From a virus (lineage: Duplodnaviria; Caudoviricetes), in IMG/VR virus record IMGVR_UViG_3300034093_002880, positions 1-56,975 of that record: a stretch of 56,975 nt of DNA; one strand, given 5' to 3'. Below the pieces are notes generated by a model. It ran no database searches. It worked only from the letters and a program-made list of their open reading frames with translations, and was not told where the DNA came from. The position numbers and the translations under genes are program-made. Every line of letters begins with the position of its first letter. Positions within the stretch are counted from its first letter, which is position 1. This document shows, in pieces, positions 49,569-56,954 of the stretch.

Positions 49569-52340
49569 TTAATCGCGAAGTGCGAAATAATTCTTATAAC
49601 GCAAGTGTTCTGTCAAATTTGTCATATCTATGTCGTGACGCTTGGCTACGTCATCTATAAGGGCTTTTCCGAAATGTCGAGACAGAAAATCATACACCAT
49701 CTTTTTTGTGTTTCGACTGTGCTTGAGCAAGCGTTGCAGCCCCCAATTGTCGAACGAGGTTAGCAGTTTTAAATTTTCCGACCCAATACTCTTTCCAATT
49801 TCATCAAGAAATTCCGGACTTCCAACCCCGACCGCGAAATACAGCATCCTTGAAACAAGTTCTGCGTTATATTTAGTGCGATATTTCGCCAACATCTTTA
49901 GCAATCCCGGCTCGATAGCATAAACGCCGCTGATGACGCTAATAAAATTTTCGCTAGCTAATTCGTCGATTTTATGTCCCATAAACGGTACGATGCGCTC
50001 AAGCCGACGCTGCCCATCTTCAACCCCAATGCTTCGGTTAAACCCCAATCTAAAAATGTCGTAAATTATGGTTAAACTATCGGTTAAAGTTGCAATCTTG
50101 GGTCCAACTGCTTTTAATACCACGTCTAAATTCGGATGATAATACAAAAATGCAGGAATTTCATAACCATGTGCGGTGTCCGCAAAATACGTAAACAATA
50201 ATTCAACAAGCTCGCCGCCGTCGCCATCTTTATTCGCATCTTGTATGAATTTATACATGGAATAATCATCTATTTTGTTTAATACGGATTTGCCAAATAT
50301 ATTTAACCATTTCGCCACGCCGACGACTTGTGGGCGGGCGGCGAAACTGTGGCTTCGTGAGATTTGATGCAGAGCGTCGCGCGGCTCAATGTTTTCTATG
50401 GATTTTCTGCCAATAAGATTAACAATAAAATCTATGTTTTCCGGCGTGGCGTAGTTTAAAAATTGATTTGTCGCATAATATTCCAAATTTTTATAAACTT
50501 CCTCGCCAACCAATTCTACGAAGGAATCCCACTCTCCGAGTGGACGGTTTGTCAATGAAATGACAGCGTCGTATCCAGTGAGGTTTTTTCTAATAGCATC
50601 TCTACCAAACAAATTCATCATGGTGATCAATCCACCGGATTTGTGAAACGCCATTTCTTGCAGAAGATCGTGAAACGCGGGGTCGTTTATAATCGGCAAA
50701 ACATTGTTTGCACCAAGAGATTTTACCGACGCATTTACATTGGATGAATTTTTAATTATTGCGCTAACAAATTTGAATTTCTTATTTTCTTCCGACACGA
50801 CCTTGTTGGATGTATATAGTTCTATAGCTTTGTTTAAAGGATTTTGATTGGTTTCAGTCGCAACACTGACCAGAGCAATTACATCGGTCATTGTTATTTT
50901 ACCGCCGTGAAATTTTCCAACAAATTCTATTGCATCATTTAAAACGTCGTCCGGTACTCCACTTTCACTCCTCCCATACCCACGCCCGTCAAACAGAAAA
51001 CTATACAAAGACGGCACGTTGTTGTTGTGTATAATAGCGGCCACATCAACATACTTGAAGAATTTTCTGCGTTTTTCAGAAGACTCAGCCCCCCTAAAAA
51101 ATTTGATCAGATTATCTTGCAGTATAACTTTCAGTTTCTCACCGCCAAATATATTCGCCAAAACATCCAAATCTACTCCGTCGCCGATGCCCTTTTCAAT
51201 TTCTTCGTCGTTCGCGTCTTTGAATATTTCCTTGGCATTCGGAGCAGAATATAAAACTTGTGTTTCTGCGGAGTTCAATGGTGGATACCCGTTCTTTTTA
51301 TATTCTTGGTGTTTGCGCAAAGAAATTTGAAAAAATCTTTTAAGAAGAGCTTTGTCTTTTTTTACATACTCGTATATTTCGTCGTCTATACCAACACCAA
51401 ATCCAATATATTTGTTTTTTAATTCGGGCGGCAAACTCAAAAACATCTTGGGCGACAATTCTTTGTTTGGTACGGTAATGTCCAAGAACGATTCTTTATC
51501 TTCATAACTTAACTTAGCAAACTCTTCGTCGCTAATTTTACTATTCATGAACTTTTTATAACGCTCTTTTTCTTTTGGCTCCAACGGCACATGTTGAAAA
51601 TATTTTTCCATGCCATCAAGCTTTGGTTGAATTTGTACGATTTCGTCCCAAGTCATTGATGTATCTCCATCATTGTTTGCGCTGGTAACAATGTATATTC
51701 GGTCGGGCATCGTTTCTTCAACTAAATTGTCAATATCAACATTGTATTTCGGTTGCCTGCTTCCGATAGATTGAATAACAAAGAAATGCCAAGGGTTTTT
51801 GAATTCACCTTCAAACGGTTGTGAAAATTCTTCTTTCGTGGCTTCAACGTCTTTTACAAAATAAAAGGTTGGCTCATATTCCTTGAACCTATAGGTATTA
51901 TACATGTTGCTGGCATCACTTCTCGCTACGCACCAGCTATATGGTCGATCTCCTTTATAATGAATACATGCGTGTTTGTCTTTGGCATAGTATATTTCCA
52001 ACCCATTCTTTTCACCCAATGGTTTGGCATCCACCTTTATGTCAGTAAACTCTTTGCCCTTGTGGCGCAATCCTTCAATTTGCCCAGAAACATAATCAAC
52101 AAATATTTCCAATTGATGAAAATCGCCGTATTTGTCAATATCAAATCTCGCATTGCCCTTTGGAACCTTTAATCCTTCAACCTCGCCGTCTCTGGCTATT
52201 TTGTATTTGGCATCGCGAATCTTTTTGAATGCATCAATATAATGCTTTACAATATCTTTCGATACTCCGCCACTCTCAAACTTTTTAGCTTGAGTCTTAA
52301 AATCTTCAACAAACAACAGTTCTTTGAGCAATATATGCAT
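49569..52340 (-). CDS. Probable internal head protein with a PcfJ/GNAT-related WC domain and helical repeats
   Basis: Leader MHILLKELLFVE; ACIHY.....SWCVA....MY..Y; repeats similar to those of 41714-44683. Confidence 0.6.
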   Translation of the reverse strand: MHILLKELLFVEDFKTQAKKFESGGVSKDIVKHYIDAFKKIRDAKYKIARDGEVEGLKVPKGNARFDIDKYGDFHQLEIFVDYVSGQIEGLRHKGKEFTDIKVDAKPLGEKNGLEIYYAKDKHACIHYKGDRPYSWCVARSDASNMYNTYRFKEYEPTFYFVKDVEATKEEFSQPFEGEFKNPWHFFVIQSIGSRQPKYNVDIDNLVEETMPDRIYIVTSANNDGDTSMTWDEIVQIQPKLDGMEKYFQHVPLEPKEKERYKKFMNSKISDEEFAKLSYEDKESFLDITVPNKELSPKMFLSLPPELKNKYIGFGVGIDDEIYEYVKKDKALLKRFFQISLRKHQEYKKNGYPPLNSAETQVLYSAPNAKEIFKDANDEEIEKGIGDGVDLDVLANIFGGEKLKVILQDNLIKFFRGAESSEKRRKFFKYVDVAAIIHNNNVPSLYSFLFDGRGYGRSESGVPDDVLNDAIEFVGKFHGGKITMTDVIALVSVATETNQNPLNKAIELYTSNKVVSEENKKFKFVSAIIKNSSNVNASVKSLGANNVLPIINDPAFHDLLQEMAFHKSGGLITMMNLFGRDAIRKNLTGYDAVISLTNRPLGEWDSFVELVGEEVYKNLEYYATNQFLNYATPENIDFIVNLIGRKSIENIEPRDALHQISRSHSFAARPQVVGVAKWLNIFGKSVLNKIDDYSMYKFIQDANKDGDGGELVELLFTYFADTAHGYEIPAFLYYHPNLDVVLKAVGPKIATLTDSLTIIYDIFRLGFNRSIGVEDGQRRLERIVPFMGHKIDELASENFISVISGVYAIEPGLLKMLAKYRTKYNAELVSRMLYFAVGVGSPEFLDEIGKSIGSENLKLLTSFDNWGLQRLLKHSRNTKKMVYDFLSRHFGKALIDDVAKRHDIDMTNLTEHLRYKNYFALRD

Positions 52341-52380
52341 ATAGAATATATATAATCTCAATGATATTTATATAAACCAT

Positions 52381-52806
52381 ATGAAATACCTAGACTTTTT
52401 TCATGATATACTAAAAGAACACGCTTTTGATTATCAAAGCGTACCGAAAGGAGATGAAGGAGTAGATTGGTTCATAGCAGGAAAAAAACCAATTGTATTA
52501 ATTGACAAAGGCAGTGGCAGTGCGAGCGGAAAATACCAACTACTGATCAAACACATAAAACGCTACAATCTACCTTATATAACTTTCAAAGGCTTTAATT
52601 CAAGCGAAGAAACTCAATTGGCGGTAGGAAGAAAAGGCTCTGAAACAGATTTAAAGAAACTGAAAGCAACTTTTGACAAAGCGACTGGTGGAGAAGGTCC
52701 AACCGAAGAATTTCATCGTACAGTAGGAAAGCTATTAGGATATAGCCAAAAAGACATTGATACTTTTGTGCATCGCTGGAAGAACAAAATACTTCCGCCA
52801 CAGTAA
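52381..52806 (+). CDS. Small probable internal head protein
   Basis: Leader MKYLDFFHDILKE; GKKP...GKLLGY motif; TATTTATA upstream. Confidence 0.6.
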   Translation: MKYLDFFHDILKEHAFDYQSVPKGDEGVDWFIAGKKPIVLIDKGSGSASGKYQLLIKHIKRYNLPYITFKGFNSSEETQLAVGRKGSETDLKKLKATFDKATGGEGPTEEFHRTVGKLLGYSQKDIDTFVHRWKNKILPPQ

Positions 52807-52894
52807 ACTGTTGGGCTTATATATAAAAATCTGGTAATAAAAAATGCCGTGTTTTTAAATTTCGATTTTCGAGAATATAGAGTGAAAAAGTATG

Positions 52895-53220
52895 ATAGGA
52901 AAAGGGGTTTTCATATATATGAAAATTCCTATAAAAAAAGTGACCTCGACAATAACACGTATAACCCCCGGCCCCCCCTCCCCCCGGAACCCCTACCTAG
53001 AAGGCACCTAACACCCCCACCATAGGGGGATGGTGTGGCACCTGTCAAGCACCTTTTTATGGCACCTAACCCCTAACCATACCCGAGGGGGGTTGTCAAG
53101 CACATATGCATTTATTTTTTAAATCAATTTCGCGGCTTGACTTTGTGCGTTGCTTGTCATACTTCTGCAAATCAATGCCACTCGGAGTATTGGAATAGTG
53201 TCAAGCACTTTTTATAAATA
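52895..53220. repeat. Non-coding locus: 18-bp palindrome, C/G homopolymer tracts, GGCACCT x3, TGTCAAGCAC x3
   Basis: TTTTCATATATATGAAAA 52908-52925; C5-GG-C7-T-C6-GGAA-C4 52965-52993; GGCACCT at 53003, 53037, 53061; TGTCAAGCAC at 53043, 53094, 53199. Confidence 0.85.
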
Positions 53221-53224
53221 GGGC

Positions 53225-53259
53225 AAAAATAAAACCCTACCTTTTTACGGGTAGGGTTT
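53225..53259 (-). terminator. Intrinsic terminator after the DUF932 gene
   Basis: AAACCCTACC / GGTAGGGTTT stem with a T-rich tail on the minus strand. Confidence 0.85.
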
Positions 53260-53275
53260 GACTTGCTTGCTCCCC

Positions 53276-54187
53276 TTAGTTGAGGAGGAGTTCCATCGCA
53301 CGCTCGCGCACGCGGGCGGCACTTCCGGTGACGAGGGACTCGAAACGGTTTTCTTCACGGCTAAATTCCGTCTCGCGGAACGTTCCCGCCCAATCAAGAT
53401 GCTCGGTTACGGCGTTGAACGCATCCCACCGAGTGCGTCCCACGTTGCCAGTGCCGCGCACGAATCCGGTGAGGATTGCATCGCGCACGTTCTCGGTGCG
53501 GGTTGGGACGTTGAGTTCATCCGCCGCCGGGAACAGTGTGCGGGCGAAGTCGATGACTTCGCTGCGAGTGATTGGCGCGTTGTCAAGCGCATTGACAACG
53601 CCTTGCATTTCTTGAATCTGCTCTTGCAATTTGATTGCAAGATTGAACTCCATAGCGGCAAACCGCTCGCGGATAGAGCCGCAATGTTTTTCCGAGAAAG
53701 TGACAAGCGAATTCGCTTTCGTCATGCCATTATCACACGCGAGAACATTTGCCAGTAATTGCAAGCGGGCTTTGCCCGAACCGTCAAAACGGTCGAAATA
53801 GGCGATTGACAAACCTACTTTGTCCCCACGTTTCGGAGCGGAGATTTGCGCTTCAATTTGGATAAATGCAGCCAATTGGCGTCCGCCTTTCGTGCTGGCA
53901 ACGCTGGCCCACTGGCCGCCCACAAGGGCGCGAGCGCGTTCGAGGGTTGCCAAGCTTTCGGATGGTTGCACGAATCCGAAATTTTCGGAGTGAATTCCGA
54001 CGCATCCGCCAGTGTCGGAGCGGAAAAGGCCGAATTCATTGGGAATGACCTTGCCAGTCAGCGCCCGCGACACGGGCTCCTGAGAAAAGGTGAAGGGGAC
54101 GGCGGCGCAGGCCGCGGAGTAGTCGGCGACTTTCGTGCCGAATTGCGAGAGGGCGAAGCGAACAGTGTTTCCGGTGATGGTTTTCAT
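53276..54187 (-). CDS. DUF932/DUF945-family phage/plasmid protein
   Basis: R.DT...G.....Y/F..VQ, GG, ..DGS, C.N.M, H, T.W.AFNAVTE..D, R..S...G pattern. Confidence 0.85.
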   Translation of the reverse strand: MKTITGNTVRFALSQFGTKVADYSAACAAVPFTFSQEPVSRALTGKVIPNEFGLFRSDTGGCVGIHSENFGFVQPSESLATLERARALVGGQWASVASTKGGRQLAAFIQIEAQISAPKRGDKVGLSIAYFDRFDGSGKARLQLLANVLACDNGMTKANSLVTFSEKHCGSIRERFAAMEFNLAIKLQEQIQEMQGVVNALDNAPITRSEVIDFARTLFPAADELNVPTRTENVRDAILTGFVRGTGNVGRTRWDAFNAVTEHLDWAGTFRETEFSREENRFESLVTGSAARVRERAMELLLN

Positions 54188-54193
54188 TTTGTA

Positions 54194-54607
54194 GGAGAGA
54201 ACTAGCGTTTTTGGTTGAGAGTGTCAGAGGCGACTTGCTCCTGACTGACCAAAGACAATCAAACTCTGTTTGCTTTGTCGATACTTAATTTAATAAAACG
54301 AAGCAATTTCTTTTGTGTCATAAACTGCGAACTTGCTTGACGGCTTTATCTGCTTTCTGCTACAATTCCCGAAGTTTGGCGAGGGGTATGACGGTTTTTA
54401 CATAAAGTCAACAACAATCGAAACTATTTACTTTTTTAAAAAAGTCCAGCCCGTGGTCCCCTACTCTAAGCGTTTGACCGCCGCAAATCTTCGGGCGGGG
54501 CATTTGTCGCACTGCGCCTTCGATGAAAATACTCTCTTTTATTTATTATAAAAAGTCGAGAACTATTTTTATAAAAACGAAAAAGCTCGCCCCATTGCTA
54601 GGGCGAG
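54194..54607. repeat. ~410-bp intergenic regulatory module, copy 1
   Basis: Co-linear with 55898-56312; first 38 nt identical; promoters, hairpins and terminator in the same order. Confidence 0.9.
54580..54607 (-). terminator. Intrinsic terminator
   Basis: CTCGCCC / GGGCGAG stem with a T-tail on the minus strand. Confidence 0.8.
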
Positions 54608-54629
54608 TCTGTTCGAAAAATTTCCGTTT

Positions 54630-55016
54630 TTAGTTGATATACCGTTTAATAGTTTGGTCCGTAGTGCAACCGAATTTATGCATGAGTTCGCCGATGGAAA
54701 TTCCGGCAGAAAAATAACGTTTGATTGCTGCCCGTTCCTCGTCATTTGTCCATTGATGGCGACGGTCGCCGTTCGGAACATTTGCGCGAGAGTGAAATTC
54801 CGCCCGTGTGCATTCGTCGTCAATCGCTTTAATTTGTTTATCAATTTCCGCGACTCTGAGAATGCAATTATTTTTTGCCGCGACGGCGAGATTGTCGATT
54901 GTATTGACGCGGACCCACTCTTCCCGAATTCGTGAAGCCGCTTCAGTGGAGAAGGCCAACTCGACTAGAGCGATATTTTTCAGAGCAACAAGGGAGGACA
55001 TTTTTTCGGAGGACAT
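54630..55016 (-). CDS. Small protein with a C-terminal helix-turn-helix-like segment
   Basis: WT.DEE..IKRYF.AGISIGELMHKFGCTTDQTIKRY; has its own promoter and terminator. Confidence 0.6.
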   Translation of the reverse strand: MSSEKMSSLVALKNIALVELAFSTEAASRIREEWVRVNTIDNLAVAAKNNCILRVAEIDKQIKAIDDECTRAEFHSRANVPNGDRRHQWTNDEERAAIKRYFSAGISIGELMHKFGCTTDQTIKRYIN

Positions 55017-55211
55017 TTTTTAACTTTTTATCTGACGTGGTGGTTGAGGAGAGGACTAACCTTGACGAAAGAAAGGCAATCACACTCTGTTCGCTTTGTC
55101 GAGTAGTTTTTATATAAATCAAACGATTTATGACATTAGCGTTTCTTTGCGTTTTTAGCCTATCAAATCTCGTTTGCGTCCTTCTTTATGGGATGCACCC
55201 TCAAACCCTCT

Positions 55212-55247
55212 AAAAACAAAAGGGCGGACCGTTTCCGGCCCGCCCTT
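55212..55247 (-). terminator. Intrinsic terminator with a GAAA tetraloop
   Basis: AAGGGCGGGCCG-GAAA-CGGTCCGCCCTT-TTGTTTTT on the minus strand. Confidence 0.9.
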
Positions 55248-55270
55248 CTCTCTCTCTCTCTCTCTCTCTC
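55247..55270. repeat. (TC)12 microsatellite
   Basis: Read directly. Confidence 0.95.
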
Positions 55271-55276
55271 CTAAAT

Positions 55277-55894
55277 TTAGACCGTCGCCCAGCCAAGCGG
55301 GGCGGAAAGGGTTGCGGTTTTGGCGTCATTCGCCGTGTAAACCGATTCGACTTCAATCTCGTTCCCGCCCACTCGAATGCTTTCGAGGTTGCCCGCGTCG
55401 ATGCACAGGGTTTTGTACTTCGACTTGGAAAGCCGTTTTTCAATGGCTTGCTTTGCCAGCGTCAACGCGGCGGAATTGACGGTTTTGTAAACACCGGGCG
55501 TGATAACTTTGCGGGAAATCTGAATTCCTGCGATTTCGCAAGTGCCGTCCACGAACTCCTTGACGCCCGCCGTCAAGTCACGATACATCCCCTTTTTCGT
55601 GTAATCCTCGCTCTGTTCGCCCACCTCGTGCGCGGCAATGCTCTTTTCCAGACTCGCCTTGACGGCGGCGTGCGCGGTCTTGTCAAGTTCAGATTCGACT
55701 TTGATTGCGTCAAGCTCAACAATGCTCTTTTTGAGCAAGTTGAGATAATTTGTGCCGATACTGAACACGTAGCGGGCCGTTTCGCCCGTTTTCTTTGCGG
55801 TGTACGTCACACCAATGAACGAGGGGCCGCGCCCCGTGGCGCGGGCAAAGGCGGAAATGATTTCCGACAAGGCGGAGGAGGTGGAGGTGGACAT
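55277..55894 (-). CDS. Hypothetical early-type protein
   Basis: 205 aa, GC-rich codons, same 5' leader as the DUF932 gene, own terminator. Confidence 0.8.
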   Translation of the reverse strand: MSTSTSSALSEIISAFARATGRGPSFIGVTYTAKKTGETARYVFSIGTNYLNLLKKSIVELDAIKVESELDKTAHAAVKASLEKSIAAHEVGEQSEDYTKKGMYRDLTAGVKEFVDGTCEIAGIQISRKVITPGVYKTVNSAALTLAKQAIEKRLSKSKYKTLCIDAGNLESIRVGGNEIEVESVYTANDAKTATLSAPLGWATV

Positions 55895-55897
55895 TTT

Positions 55898-56312
55898 GGA
55901 GAGAACTAGCGTTTTTGGTTGAGAGTGTCAGAGGCAACGTGCATCCGACTGACCAAAGACAATCAAACTCTGTTTTGTTTGTCGATACTTATTTCTAAAA
56001 AAGTGAAGATTTGTGCTGTGTCATAAACTATGAATTTTCTTGACGCATTGTTTTGTTTTATGATACAATTCACAAAGTTTGGCGGGCGGTATTAAAAATT
56101 TTAATTGAAGTCAAGAAAATTCGAAATTATTTACTTTCTTGAAAAAGTGCAGCCCGTGGTCCCCCAATCGTTGGCGGTTTATCGCCTCAAGTCTTTGAGC
56201 GGGGCATTTGTAGCACTACGCTCTCGATACAAACAAACTGTTTTATTTGTTAAAATAAGTAAAGCACGAATTTCATAAAAACGAAAAAACCCCACCTTTT
56301 TCAGATGGGGTT
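55898..56312. repeat. ~410-bp intergenic regulatory module, copy 2
   Basis: Aligns with 54194-54607; ends in an AAACCCCA / TGGGGTTT terminator. Confidence 0.9.
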
Positions 56313-56327
56313 TGACTTATTTATTTT

Positions 56328-56615
56328 TTAGCGGGGGAATTTCCGGTTAAGATGTTTGCCGACAGTCACTTGACTGACTCCAAACTTTACCGCAATTTCC
56401 TTGACAGCGATGCCGTGGGCATAAAAGAACGCGAACGATTCGCGGTCCCGGCTGGTGGTGTTTCCGGCAAGCCGGACGTTGGCAATTTGAGGCATCGCCT
56501 CAAACTCACGGCGGGCCTCGGCTTGCGCCGTGATCGTCGTGCCAATCTTGTGAACCACTAAATTACAACCCGACTTGAACAGAATTCCGTAGTGACGAGC
56601 GAGGGGGGAGGTCAT
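56328..56615 (-). CDS. Small protein with a C-terminal helix-turn-helix
   Basis: GIAVKEIAVKFGVSQVTVGKHL; ATG at 56615 preceded by TCTCTCCT like the other module genes. Confidence 0.7.
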   Translation of the reverse strand: MTSPLARHYGILFKSGCNLVVHKIGTTITAQAEARREFEAMPQIANVRLAGNTTSRDRESFAFFYAHGIAVKEIAVKFGVSQVTVGKHLNRKFPR

Positions 56616-56925
56616 AGGAGAGAGACAAAGGCGAGGGGGTTTAAGATGCTCGGCGGAAGTGCTTTGCGTCTTGCCTCGTCCTTGTCTGCCAAAACTCAAT
56701 CCGACTTTCTGCGTTCGCTCAAGCTTTATTATGTAATTTGAGCGATTTTCTTTTTTCGAGTTTCTTTAAATTTGGTATTGCTTTGCTAAAAAAAGTCTGA
56801 GAGACTGATTGCATGGTAGAGAGTAGGACGCGATTCCGAAGATACCAGTTGCGGGATAAAACCTTAGAGTGGGGGACCGGAGGGTGGACTTGTTTATTGA
56901 AAAATAGGGTTCCTCCCCATACTTT

Positions 56926-56954
56926 AGTGTATCATTTTTTTAATAAAAAGTCAA
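56926..56954 (-). promoter_or_regulatory. Consensus sigma70 promoter
   Basis: TTGACT-N17-TACACT with TG extension. Confidence 0.75.

Noticed and set aside
53071-53099. Second leftward promoter in the G-tract locus
   Set aside because: Only 12 bp between TTGACA and TATGGT, too short for sigma70
53258-55909. Plus-strand ORFs 53258-53758, 53846-54205 and 55448-55909, and minus ORF 55210-55443 (REREREG)
   Set aside because: Antisense or alternative-frame shadows of GC-rich genes; the RE run is the microsatellite
54194-56312. The two ~410-bp modules as IS ends, att sites or a CRISPR mini-array
   Set aside because: Direct, diverged copies with no transposase, integrase or cas gene and no target duplication; they are explained by promoter, hairpin and terminator content
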